From Octopus vulgaris (lineage: Eukaryota), in assembly GCA_951406725.2 (NCBI GenBank), contig OX597821.1, positions 116,374,001-116,438,000 on the forward strand: DNA of 64,000 nucleotides. Direction: 5' to 3'. Below are positions 1 to 13,385 of this stretch, piece by piece. Numbering within the stretch: the first letter of the stretch is position 1; every line of letters starts with the position of its first letter. A program made the position numbers and the translations under genes. The notes under the pieces were generated by a model, which saw only the letters and a program-made list of their open reading frames with translations, did no database searches and had not been told where the DNA came from.

Positions 1-469
1 TTGTTTCCCTGTCTTTTATATTTAATTACCATTTTTATTAAAATGTTTAACAATAACATATATATTTAACCTGATTTAAGTATTTGGCATTTTAAATTCC
101 TATTCTTCAAGCTGAAGTATCATATTTCAAACTGGAAATACACAAAGAAGAAATATAGTACTTATAACTTTTGTAGTCTCATAACTGAGTCCATTCAAAT
201 ACTATAAAATAAGACTAAAAGAAATTTAAGCCAGTTGAGGAGAAGTTATGAGAAGTCATTTTAAAAGCTATTTTGACTATAAATTTCTGCTCAGATCTGC
301 TTCAGACTTTAATGAGTTTGTTACATTAAAAAACAAATTCATTAAATATATATTTTAGAATTAATACAGTACAATATTATACTGGCATTCCTATTAAATT
401 TCACTGCTTTTATTACATAAACATTTTAATGCTAGCATATTAAAAAATTAGTTTTAAACATATACAACA

Positions 470-507
470 GTGGCAGCAGCAGTAGCAGCAGCAGCAGTAG
501 CAGTAGC

Positions 508-561
<54 letters not shown>

Positions 562-573
562 GGTGGTGGTGGT
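470..573. repeat. Compound trinucleotide microsatellite (GCA/GTA/GTG)n
   Basis: Directly visible; explains the poly-A/poly-V ORF 470..652. Confidence 0.95.
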
Positions 574-1577
574 TTTTTTGTTTGAAATTAAATATGGAAA
601 AAAATGTATGTGCCTTAATTTATATAAATTAGTTATATTTATTTGCTTATAACATTAATTTTCACTTATAAGGTTTATTGTCTTTGTATGTCCTTTTTCA
701 TTAATCAACATAGAAAAGTAATGTGGATTTCATCAAAATGTTAATAAGTCTATTGTTGATCTTGTGAATACAATGAAGAAAATAGATTCTACTCTAATAT
801 TTCTCAAGACAAGTGTATGTAAAGTAGATTTGTGTAGGAGTCCAATGAAGAAATTACTTTATATAATTACTGTGTATTTACCAATGAAATGATTTGCACA
901 ATTTTACATCACGATCTCTATGGTTACGAGAAATTACATATCTGTGTTACTGTTGCTTCTTTTCTGATTGGCTATTGAAATCCTGAAAAACCACCACATT
1001 ATATAAAATGGATTCTATAGGCATGTTATGTGTCTTGATAGATACTTGCTTTAATCAAATTTAATTTCATATTTCCTTTCATTCAAAATTTAGAGGTTAT
1101 TTTAAGAATTTATGGGCTTTGACATTTTTGTATCATATTAAATCTGTTTTATTGACATTCATTTTGAATAAATTTTTACTGATGCCTCTAAAAATAGCAG
1201 AATCAATTTATCCTTGTTTGATTATTGATATATTGGATTTTATATATTAGCGAGCTAGTTGGTACACCTTCACTTTGACCTGTTTTGTTATCAATTAAGA
1301 TATTTTGACTACACACACACACACACACGCACACGAACAAACACATACATATATATAATCTTGAAATCACTTGTTATAGTAATTCATGTGTGACTGGAAT
1401 ATGAAAATAAAATATGATAATAAATCTTGGTAAAATTTAATACAAAAATCTGAAGCTTCCATTAAAAGAAATAAAAATTACAATTGTGTAATAATTATTA
1501 TCAATAATGTTATGTAGTAGTATTTTTCTTTTCAATAACGATTGTCAAATCTGAAAAGGAAACTGCTATTGTAACTA

Positions 1578-2360
1578 TCAGTTCATGGATGTTAACTTTC
1601 TACTCTCAATACTTGTATGATCTGTCACAACAATGCAGTATTCAGTGTTTGTTACTGCTGATACTACTGCTACAAACTGCTGCTGTTGCTGCTGCTGCTG
1701 ATGCAGCTTCCTTAATTCTCTCTCTTCTTCTTTCAGTTTCTACTTCTATGTCAGTTACTGGCTGCTGTCTTCTAGCTTTTGGTTGTGTGTTTCTTCTCTA
1801 ATTGGATTCACCCAAAATGGGGTAATCAATATAGTCATAGAAAGTGGTGGCAACGATTGGTGGCTTGCTGTAGCCTTTTCTTCAGTATTGATTTGAGGGG
1901 GTTTCAGCTCCATGGTGAAGCTGGCGCAGTTTTACCATATATAGATATTTGCCTCGAGCTCTTTCTTTCCATTGATAATCTTTGTTAATACCAGAACATA
2001 TCAAATAGAAAGGATGAAGATATTTTCCTCTTCTATTTCCTCTTTGAAGGATTGAGCTTACGTAGTAAAAATTTCGGATTTGTACTACTACTGTTCCATG
2101 CACAATCATTATTACAACTGCTACTATTTTCACTGTTTAAGCAGCTACATTTATTGATGTCACATTTAACTGGCAATGAAATGCAATTTTTATTTTTTTT
2201 TATTGGGGGGAAGAACAGATTGATTAAAAAAAAGGTAAAACCCAACATTTCTGATACTCACCAGTAGCACATTCAGTTCCCTATTGGAATTTATCAAGGG
2301 AGAATAGCCAGCTTGGTGTGTTTTTGTTTCTTTCTTGGATTCTTAAAATATTGAAATTCT
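1578..2360 (+). promoter_or_regulatory. Candidate TSS (Inr-like TCAGTT at 1578-1583) and long 5' UTR of first exon A
   Basis: TCAGTT matches the protostome initiator TCAKTY. It is followed by ~800 nt of repeat-free, relatively GC-richer sequence with CTG/GCT and CT tracts, then an ATG and a consensus donor. Confidence 0.4.
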
Positions 2361-2397
2361 ATGACCATGGAGACTAACATGGGGTCAATCAGACACA
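2361..2397 (+). CDS. Candidate first coding exon A: MTMETNMGSIRH + 1 nt (phase 1), unknown gene
   Basis: ATGACCATGGAGACTAACATGGGGTCAATCAGACACA then GTAAGT (2398-2403). Three in-frame ATGs, one in ACCATGG context; composition drops to very AT-rich intron after the donor. Confidence 0.55.
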
Positions 2398-5300
2398 GTA
2401 AGTATTTTTCCTAGGTTTTGTAAAATTTATCAAAATGATAGAAGAGAAAAAAAAATGATTTTACTCAATGTTGATTGTTAAAAATGTTAATAAATAAATT
2501 AAGAGGTATATCTCTTTTGTCCTTTACCTAACATAGTATTCAGAAAACAAACCTTACTTAATGAACCTTGTTATTTTCTAATATAAATGATAATAATGGT
2601 TAATTTTAAAAAATTAAAGAGTATTACTATGATTTAGTACATTATTATTTCCGCAGTAGTTTACAGAAATAATTAAATTTCAAATAATATGTAGCTTAGG
2701 GTCAAAATACATTTTGTATTTCTTTTTATTTTATATATTAAGTTTTTTTTTTCTACTTTCATTTGGTGTTACTTTTTTTAAAACATATTTTTAAAGAAAT
2801 ATTTAAAAATATTTATGTATAAGATATTTCCATTTTAATTACTTGTCTACGTTTGTAATTTTCTGAGTATTCTCACAAAAAATTGATAAATCATCTATTT
2901 TAAATATTGTTTGATATAAACATTTCATAATTCATTTTTGTGTGATCGAATTATTAATGTTATCTGGCCAGGTATTCATTATATGTAACATTATCAAGTA
3001 TGAATATATAGTGTCAATAATAACATGGTTTGTGTTAATGATGTTTGATGAGTTTAAAATTTTCTGGTTTGACTTATGAAACCTATTTACTGATAATATA
3101 AAAGTCAACAAGAGCAGAGAAAATGACATCTAGGAAAGCTTACATGATGAAAACTATTTTTAAAAGATCTGTTTAATTACTGTAATATAATAAATAATTA
3201 TCTGCAACCTACAATTAGTGGATCAGTTACCATCAGACTGTTTAAGTTGAAATGAATATAGTAGTGGGTATAAAACAGAATAAGGTGAATCCTAAAAATA
3301 ATACCAATATTATGGTGTTGTTTGAGAAAGCTATATTTTTCTATTTCTTGCATCATAGAATAAGACTTTTATTTTTAATACATTGTTATTATCTTATTTA
3401 GTTTTTGGTTGTGGGTGGCTAAATGTATAACCACCAATGTCTATATGACAAGCATTATTTTCTAATACAAATGTAAATATATGTAAATTTAAATTTTAAT
3501 AAATCAAAATACTAATGTGTTTTCTAGCAGGACAAATGATAATTTAAAATCTTAACTAGTAATATTTAAACAAAGAATGATATTTATTTGTATTATACAA
3601 CTTGAGATATAGTCAGAAGCATTAACATATATGAAGGGAGTATCCTTTGGAATTATTATACAGCAAAGTTTGTTGCTAACAATAAATGATAAGAGCAACC
3701 AGTATGGAAGAAAACCCCCAAATAGTGTGTGGGCAATCATTAAGACTATTGGAGGAATTGATTTGGAATGTAGAAGGTCAGTAACTAGATATATTGACAG
3801 GCCATGCTGAAGCGAATAATTAAGAACATTGTCAGGCTATAGAGAGGTTATTTACTTCCAACATTGACTGCTGGTATTGAGTTGCTATATTGATTTAGAA
3901 ATATTGACTATAAAGAAACAGAAAATATATGTTGTTATGTATGTATTCATTTATTTATTCAATAAACAGACATATATAATAGTGAACCTATTACTTGCAC
4001 ACACGTATGTATGTGCATGTATACATGTACATATATATGTAAGGAGAGAGAAAGCTTGCCACACACACAATTATAAACAAAGAGTGGTACATGTATATTT
4101 AAACATAAATAGATGCTCAGATATAATCACACATGTGTATATATTATACACATGTAGTCCCACCCATATACATAATATGGATCAGATACATGTGTGTGTG
4201 TGTATAATTGGATAGATAGATATGTATATATATATATGCATGCACACATACATATTGATATTTGCACCCGTATACACAGACAGATAAGTGGATAGATAGA
4301 TAGATAGATAGATAGATATTAGAATAGAGATTATTAGAGAAACATGATTTTGTAAGAACCCTACTGGGGGTGATTTATTCTTTCACTGTTATAGAGTTGG
4401 TAGATAGAGTATTGAAGGGCAAGTTGATAAGGAATGAGGAAAATACCATCCGAGTATTTGTCAGATGATTAGCTTTCAGATTGAACATTAACTCAATGTC
4501 TTTAAAGTAGATTCATCTTCAAGCTGAAAAACGCTTTTATGGGTTACTGTCACTCTTCCCATCTTCTTTAGGATACCTTTAAAAAAATGTAACACCTTGA
4601 TCTTGCTATATTATATGTATCCATTTATATATGACCTAAAGAGGAATAGACTCTTTCAGGGTGACTAAATGGAGAGTCTTCTGGTGCTCCAGTCACTCAG
4701 TAGAGGTTATAGGTCATTGTGTGCATGTATATGTTTAAAGACCTACAAATAGCAATGAACATAGTCTCCTTGTTATATTAAATGTGCACTCATACTAAAA
4801 AAGGAAAATAAAAATGAGAAAAAATACTGGTTAATGTTTTGTGACCAAAGGCAAGAAGCAGCAATAGTAATGAGAAGAAACATACATATGAGAAACGTGT
4901 AGTGGCTGAAAGATATTTCAGAAAGGGAGATAAGGAACTTATCTACTTGGATGGGTATTTCCTAAGAATTATAATTTGTATAAATTAGAATGATTATTCA
5001 GAAATAGGTGTCATAGATTATAGATGTATCAAAGTGGATTGGAGTCACACTAGTAAACTTATATGATCTTCAAGGACAGTGTAATCAGTAAGGATTGGTG
5101 TTATAGCATTACTGTAAAGATGAAGAGGAGGTGATGAACAGAGAAAAGTACAGGGGTCAAATATCAAGCTGTGGATTAAATTATAAGGATGTTACAAAGA
5201 ATGAAATTAGATAAATTATAAATCTCAGGATAGATACACCTTGTGTTTCATAGGTTGTAGTTCAGGTTTCATTTTAGCCAAGGAACTACATGTGCTAAAC

Positions 5301-5926
5301 TTAATAGGGTGACAAAGGAGAGAACATTTCAAACAGTGAACAGTTTGATTTTTATCAGGACCAATGATTTGCTGGCTTAGTGGACAATGAGAAAGTTAAC
5401 TGTATATGATGCTCATGAGGTTTTGTAGGCTGTGTATGGTATGGCTAGGTTTAGATGTAGGAACAGCTGTAAGAAACAAGAGAATGTAAGTTGAGAAAGT
5501 GTCTGATCGAGTATTAAATTCAGAAAAAAGCTAAATAAATTATTTATTATATTGGCATAGGTGTTCAATATAAACATGTGATGCTTGTTTAGAGAAGCAA
5601 AAGTCCTGACAATAGGAAGTAGAAAATAACTGTTAAAATTTGATTGAAGATGGGTTTGGATGAATAAGCTAGATCAGACTTCTGAATGTCAGGCCTGAAC
5701 ATCTGAAGATGGTTCAGGATCAGCATAGACAGAAGATATGCTGTAGTACAGAACTGTCTAACTTGATCGAGTATAGAAGACGTGATTGTACAGGGACAGT
5801 GTTGATGATATATACAAATATGAATATTATCTGTATGTATGTGTGTGTGTGTGTGCATGTGCTCATGTGTGGGTGCACATGTGTGTATATATTTATATAT
5901 ATTATATGTAGATATGTATGTAAAAA

Positions 5927-6238
5927 TGGCACATAAGAAGCACCATCTGAATGTGGCCAATGCCAGTACCCCCTGACTGGCCCCTGTGCCAGTGGCATGT
6001 TAAAAGCACTATCCAAACGTGATCGATGCCAGGCCCACCTAAATGGCTCTTGTGCTGGTGGTACGTTAAAAGCACCCACTACACTCTCAGAATGGTTGGC
6101 ATTAGGAAGGGCATCCAGCTGTAGAAACATTGCTAGAGCAGATTGGAGCCTGGTGCAGCCACTGGCTCTCCAGACTTCAGTCAAACTGTCCAACCCTTGC
6201 CAGCATGGAAAACAGACGTTAATCAATGATGATGATGA
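5927..6238 (+). mobile_element. RTE-LINE-tail element ending in (GAT)n
   Basis: Shared motifs AAAAGCACCCACTACACTCTC..GGTTGGCATTAGGAAGGGCATCCAGC..CCAACCC..CAGCATGGAAA..GATGATGAT, recurring more than 10 times in the window. Confidence 0.85.
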
Positions 6239-6761
6239 AGATAATGGTGTATATGTATATGTATATTATATGTATGTGTGCATGAGTAAAATGAAAGTAT
6301 ATTTGCCTAATGAAAAATCACCATTTTATTTTTTCTGCGTATGTTTTATTAGCTTTATTTAAATTTGTATGTAAATTATTGATGCGTATATTGTCTAGTT
6401 GGATTCATTAAGAAATTGGATTTTGGGACTGAAGAAATTATAGTTCTATCTTTAGAGTTTCTTCAATATGCTTATCATATACCCCACCTACACATTTATG
6501 TATGCCCTATTTACTGTCATATAGTCATATTTGTACAAATAAAATATATAAAAAAAAACAGCATTTCAACATTCTAAAACACATTATTTTATTCTTATAC
6601 AGGGTGGATCTACCAGTGTATTTGAATTGTGTATTTTTTATATATAAGAACCAACCTGTCTTCTAGGGACCTCTCTCTTCAACAATCTCTCTTCCAAGCC
6701 ATTTTTCTCTCTCATTCATTTCTATACTATCTCTTTCCAACTTTAATTCTCTATCTGTCCC

Positions 6762-6798
<37 letters not shown>

Positions 6799-8869
6799 GC
6801 CTCTCTCTCTCTCTCTCTCTCTCTATGTATATATGTATGTATGTATGTATTTAATGTTCAGATTATGCCAGCATGGAAAATGGACATTAAATGATGATGA
6901 TTATGTGTGTGTGTGTACATACATGCATACACACACACACACACGCACACACACACACTTGCATACAAGTAGACACCTTCACATATTCATATACACAAAT
7001 GCAAATATATGCTGATAGTTGTAGCATACATTAATCGGGATATGTGGGTTATCAGAATATTGTTATTGTACGAGTTAAGATATGCTCACTCAGATCTAAA
7101 TTTATTATTTGATTAAACATTTTCACTTGGGACCCGGACATTTCTCAGGTCAATTTGTCCAGAGTTAGCTGTTCTAAATCTTAAGTAACTAATGTGACAT
7201 TGTCTGAAATGGTATCCCTTCTTCGCACCAGTTAGAACTGTGACACTACAGGAAATTCTTTGAGATAGGAATGGTCTGTCATTCATAATGATTTGATGTT
7301 TTTCTCTTCTTTAGAAAGAAGTTCTTTCTATCCCTTATTAATAAATTTTTCACTCGATATTCAAGAGTAACTTGGAATTTTTAAAATCTAGTTTCTCTTA
7401 ACTATAAATATTTCCTTTATCTTCATATGTTTATTGACTGAAATTGTTCAAGGTGAAATAACTCTGTAATGTCATCAATGGCAACTAAAATATTTGTCAG
7501 TGAAATGTTAATTATAGAATTACAATCGAAGAGCCCAAAAAGCTATATTAATTATTACATAATATTCTATATAAATAAAAGAAGTTGAATGATCATTTTT
7601 GTACTTCAGCAAAAAAGGTGTGAATTTAAGATGTATTAAGAGTGTTAAAAATTATTTTTTCAAATTATTTTAAACAATGTTGCCTACTCATATTTCCTTT
7701 CAGTATATATTTCCATTATAGTGAAACAAATTGCTAATATAAAATTTCATAAAACTACTACCTGTATCCCCTTATGAAAATATTTTCAAATAGTCTTTAT
7801 TTTCATATAAACATCGGTTTTAAAGCTTTAACTTTTTCAAGAGTAAATAAAAAATATTCATTGCTTTACTTTTTTTTATCTAATCTTTTACATGTTCCAA
7901 GATTAGAGTGTTGCTTGTAATTTTAAAAAAATCTATTTGGCCAAAATTAATAGATTAAAATCTTTCTCTTATAATTTTTTACATATAACTATTTTACTTG
8001 ATAGTAAATTGCCCCAATATTTACTTTCAAAACTTACATAGCTGTAAATTCATGATTAATTAGTATGAAATGATCTTGTGTACAGATTAAAAAAGAATGG
8101 ATATGATAATGTTTGTATCTGAATGATTACCTTAATGTACTTTATATTGAAATTTGACAAAGAAATTAAGAGTGGATGAGTTTAAGAAACTAACGAACTA
8201 CTGTAGTTTCAACATCTGCACATGTGAATTAAATCAGATGCAGATTAGATCACTTACTGCTGAGGGATTACATTAATCTGATTAGCAAAAATCATCATTT
8301 TACACTTTAGATATGGTACACCCCTTCCAGGTATAACTTTTAATCTATGGGATAAACATTTTGTATGAGCAAAGTGAATAGCAGCTACTAATAACCGACC
8401 ACTAGGACTTAGTTTCTTTGATTAGTTGAAATGTTTATTTGGCATTGTGAATAAAACTTACAAGCTGAAATTTATGCAAAAATATATAATTTATATACTT
8501 AACAGCAAAATAGACTTTTACTTTAGGCAGAAAGACTACAATGAGATTGACAATGGCGAAATTAATCTCTTTTTTCTTTGTTGTGTACACTGTATGTTCA
8601 ACCCCTACTGAAAATAAATATAATATGGTTGAACGTTCTTTAATTAATCCTAGTTTAACATTTTTATTATACATAAAAATGATGCAAGGTGAGATGGGAG
8701 TTACTTGACTGAACACTATTTCTGGAGAAAAATACTAACTTTCCCAGTTATCCGATAATAACAAGCCTAACCAATTAAAAAACATTAGATAAGATACCTT
8801 ATTTGCTGATTAACTTCTAAAATGTAGTAATTAAAAAATACTTTATCTATATCATTATCATTATTATCA

Positions 8870-9235
8870 TCATTCCTCATCACCATCATTTAATGTCTGT
8901 TTTCCATCCTGTTATGGTTTGGACGGTTTTACAGGATCCAGTGAGATGCAGAGCAGCATCAAGCTTCAGTGTATAAGCTTTGGTATAGTTTCTGTAGCTG
9001 CACACCCTTCCTAATGCCAAGCACCTTACACTGTGTATTGGGTGATTTTCTCATGCCATCAGCACTAGTAAGGTTGCCAAGTAACTTGCAAAACCAGAAA
9101 AGCATGAGGGAAGTCCCCTCAATTAAGTGGTGGGAGTATTTGAGATGGGGAGATGGCTTTATGCTGAGTCTTGGGAGGCTAAAGTATGACAGAGGGACAG
9201 TACATGTGTCTTACTATAGAGATGATACTTAGCTA
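8870..9235 (-). mobile_element. RTE-LINE-tail element, reverse orientation
   Basis: (CAT)n start then CCCTTCCTAATGCCAA, the reverse complement of the family core. Confidence 0.75.
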
Positions 9236-10162
9236 CCCCATATTATATAAGAGTGGTTAGAAGACATATTACTTGAATTTTTATATTATTGTCATTCATT
9301 AACAATAAATAAAATTTATTATATATTGATTTTTATCTTTGGGATAGATTTACAACTTTGAATAGTTACAGAGTTGGTTCAAAGGGGTCTGTAATATTAG
9401 CACCATTTATTTTGTTGATCCAAAATATAAGGTAGACTGGCTCACCAATTGTGAAATTTAAGCTCAAAGCAGATCATCATCATCATCATCATCGTTTAGC
9501 ATCCGTTTTCCATGCTAGCATGGGTAGATACTAATTAAAATAAATACCATGAGGTATTTAGTCCAGAGTTCTTTGAGTTCTTTTTTTCACACACACATTT
9601 TATTACATAATGCTCAAGTTAGCATCATCCAACTTGATGAATTCTAACGAATTCCTATTTCCTTTGCAGTATTCTATCTATTATGGCATACAAAGAAACA
9701 TACAAGAAAATTATGTGTGTGGGGGTGGGGTATAAATGGTTTTACTATACTATTTGTTGTGGATCTCTTTTCACACATTTATGTATGGCCATAAAAAAAT
9801 CTGTCTCACCAAATTCTGCACCACTGATGCAAGCATGGAAAAGTGAATGTTAAAACAATGATGATAATGATGATGATGTATCTTTTCCAGGATTTGGTAA
9901 CTTAACACACTGTTTTTAATGTTGTACACTTTATCCACTCCAAAGAAATAATGGTTGAATTGAGACAGATTAGGATTTGCATCTTGGAAAATTGAAAATG
10001 TCAGACCTATTAGCTTCGACACATTTGTACAATCATCAAACACACTGCACTTATGTATATGTGTGTATATTTACATATATATAATTCATGTGTGGGGGTG
10101 TGTATGTATATACATATTCATATATATATACATAAAATCCAGTATCCTAACCACTATATAAT

Positions 10163-10193
<31 letters not shown>

Positions 10194-11482
10194 GTTTATA
10201 TATATTGTATTATATTGTTTCTTGTTCATTTTGCAAATTCGTCTTAATTCACACCAAACATTGAATTTTTCTTATGACCCTCTTTGCCCTTATTTCAACA
10301 GTTGGAAGTGGAGCAGTTTTTCTGTGACTGAAAATTTCTTTGTCTTTCTAACTTACACGAACCTGTTGTATATTTGAAAAAACCATCTCTGCACTTTCTT
10401 TTCTTTTTCTCTTGTCTCTCATTCCATTACTCTCCCACTCTCCATTATTCTCATTCATCCACTCCTATAGTTTGCTACTTCACCTCTTCTTATCATGCTT
10501 TCTCACCTACACACACACACACACACACACACATACACACATAGTTCTCTTTCTTTTCTCTCAATTAAAATCTGTCATCACTTCTTCCCTTCATTTCCTA
10601 ACATATTCCCCACCATTTCAATATCGTACACAAATCTCTTTCTCGCTCTCTCTCACTCTCTCTCACTCACTCTCTCCCTCTCTCACACACACAAACACAC
10701 ACTCTCTTGCTTTCTCTCTCTCACTCTCTTTCCATCTCTCCATCTCTCTCCCTCTCTTTCCCTCCCTACCCCTCTCTCTCACCCTCTACTTACATGAGGT
10801 ATATTAGCTTCTGAACTGGTATTTATGATACAATTCCTATGAAACAATATATTCATTTTCTCTGAAATACAATCTTCACAGCCATTGTCACCTTCATCAT
10901 AAACACGTTCTAATATTGTTTTGTCAAAATATTTGCTGAAATATTTTAAAACGCTTTATAGTTCAACATTGGAAAGCTTCATACCATACTGTTTACATGT
11001 CCCAAACAAAACAAAATGTTCTTTTGTTAACATGCATCTCAAGTTGAATGTTTTTGAAGTCATAAATTGGAATATTTCATAGGAATATATCAAAAGGCCT
11101 AACAAATGAAAGTTGGCCAATCTTGTGTAATACTGAGACATGCTCCCACCAATGCAAAAGGATTTCTACCGTTACTGTACATATTTAATGTTTTTTCCCC
11201 TATTTCTATATATAAATATATACTTGTTTGATTCATTTCTTTTACTGCTTTTGCTTGAAAATCAATAAACGCAGTCACAGTTTGTGAAGTTTCAGCTTAA
11301 AATAAATTTTATTATATTACTCTATTTCATTGTATTCAGTTGTTCTTTCTCTGGATTGGTTTACACTGTTGTATATTCCATTCTGATATTGCTCCTGAAT
11401 TGCTGGGTCCTTTTTAAATACACAATGTACCAACAAAATTATGAATCAACATTTGTTGGATTTCTCAACAAAAGAATATAGT

Positions 11483-11667
11483 CATATTCTGTTGTGTCTG
11501 GGGAGAGTCATTTTCTTTTTGTGCCCTTTAAAAGCACAAAATGTTGCAAGATGCAATGAAAATTTTAGGAAAATAAAAATAGGAAATAAGTGGAAATTTT
11601 ACCGGTGAGTGTGTTAAATTATAAGGCACAAAAAGAAAATGACTCTCCCCAGACACAACAGAATATG
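11483..11667. repeat. Perfect 43-bp inverted repeat (11483-11525 / 11625-11667)
   Basis: CATATTCTGTTGTGTCTGGGGAGAGTCATTTTCTTTTTGTGCC and its exact reverse complement, 99-nt spacer. Confidence 0.95.
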
Positions 11668-11679
11668 CTTCAACTCACG

Positions 11680-12090
11680 AACTCATATAAAGAATCTTGC
11701 AAACCAAATCCAAAAATGGAATATAGTCATACCACCAAGAAAACATACATGAGAAGACTAATACATAGCACTGAAGAATTTATAAAGTAAATGTACAGGA
11801 AGGTTTTCTGTTTTGATAAAGATGATCTGGATATGTCTTTGCATAAAAAGTTAGGTTTTAAGACCAAGAAGTGTCCATCCCAAAACAAGCTGTTGGACCT
11901 GCTCAAATTGGAGATTTTCAACTTTATTAGAAGAGTAAAATTCAAGAAAATGACCAGATTGCAACTGAATTTATAGAATTATTTCAAAACTTTGCAAATT
12001 CAATGAACATTTTTGTTCATTTAGTCAAAACTAAAAATTTGTATGAAATTATTAAAGACATTTATAAGATTTTTACCTAATACCATTACT
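11680..12090 (+). mobile_element. Decayed Penelope-like retroelement N-terminal fragment (Naiad-like)
   Basis: Translations TYMRRLIHSTEEFIK*MYRKVFCFD, KLGFKTKKCP..LLKLEIFNFIRRVKFKK and NIFVHLVKTKNLYEII resemble the recalled pre-RT PLE pattern (Y..RLI..E.FIKRMRWKAFFF..FGFKS.K.PP..FVFADKT.NLYE); stops and frameshifts present. Confidence 0.65.
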
Positions 12091-12219
12091 AATATTTAAA
12101 ACAATAAGGTTAAATTTAGTTTTAGCTATATGCACAATATAGATTCAATCCGATAAATTTTCTACGCTCACACACACACACAGAGGAAGCTCACAGGTAG
12201 CCCAGAGGAGTTTCAGTTA

Positions 12220-13385
12220 ACTTCAAAAAATACTGTTTGACTTTACCCCATCTCTTGTCCTCCAAAGACACTTGCTTCCACTACTAGTCTCCAAAAACCT
12301 TGAATCACTAACAATCCTTTGACCTTATTTCTTCTTGAATTGAAGACATCTGTCTCACATTATCCCTCTCCAAACTTATTATCATCCCCCACTTCAGTGT
12401 TCTTATCTCTTTTTAACTCTCGCACTCATCTCACGTTGGTGCTATTGGTGTAGATTCTAAATCTTTTAGATTCTCCAACTTTCTACATCAACCAATTTCA
12501 TCCCCTGTTTGAAATCACTGACAGAAAGACATTTCCAAACGCACTTGATCATTTTTTTCCCTCTCCTGAGGGAGAAAGTGGAATGGGGAAGTAATTTAGC
12601 CATGTATATAAAGTATTGAGCTGTCTACTAGTGGGTCGTGAGTTCATACTGTTTGAGCAGAATGTCTTTTGCCTACACTGATTCACTTTATTCACCCATT
12701 GGAAAAGTCAAACTCCTAAGGCTAACAACTAAAATTACTTCCTTCTGCTTTTACAAGGTCGTAAAGCATACTTGAATTGAAACTTGTTAATTTTTCAATG
12801 CATCTTCTCCTTGAATCAGAATCTATTGAATACATTTACAGTTTGATGGACTGACAGTTATGCATCATGGTCAAGAACTGCACAGTATTCTCTTCTCCTT
12901 CTGTCAACTTGCATTGGGCATAATGACAGCCACACTGCATATCATCTTTTCTGTCTTGAAGTTCCTGTTAGTCATAATCATAAGCCCTTTTATTCTAATA
13001 GCTTCTTTCTTTAAATTGCTAGTAATGTCTGGAATTCACTATCACTGTCTTGTTTTTCTCCTGTCTACCATATTCAGTCGAATAAATTTTCTGTGAAATG
13101 GCATCTTTTGAATTTGTTGGCCTCTTCTTTCCTTTCTTTATAACTTATGCTGCAATGGCTTCAAGCGTTGTTTGAGGCAAAATTGTATTAAAAAAACTAT
13201 AGGCTTTGTGCTGTACTGTTCCATCACTATGACTTTCAAAGCTAACAATGAGGTCACTGCTTCTCACAGGAATGCTACAACTGCTGGGGGTTACATCCTC
13301 ACCTGCTCTTAAAGGATAAGTACACTAAAATGATTCCTCCAAGTTGCTTAGCTATAGTTTCTTGCTTGAAGAAGCTTGGGAAACA
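12220..13385 (+). mobile_element. Highly decayed CR1/Jockey-like LINE fragments
   Basis: Weak remnants: FDLISS..IEDI and NALDHFF (end of AP endonuclease-like) at 12320-12560, and a P.LLK..C-like pre-RT segment near 13290-13380. No open frame. Confidence 0.3.

Noticed and set aside
1755-2248. Minus-strand ORFs (e.g. MELKPPQINTEEK.., 2033..2248)
   Set aside because: No recognisable homology or splice architecture; better explained as antisense of a + strand 5' UTR.
3764-3785. TGGAATGTAGAAG resembling miR-1
   Set aside because: Only the 5' part matches; no canonical precursor.
4900-5500. Purine-rich tracts (also 19580-20050 and 63000-63620) as functional elements
   Set aside because: Most likely antisense remnants of very old LINEs; too decayed to call by eye.
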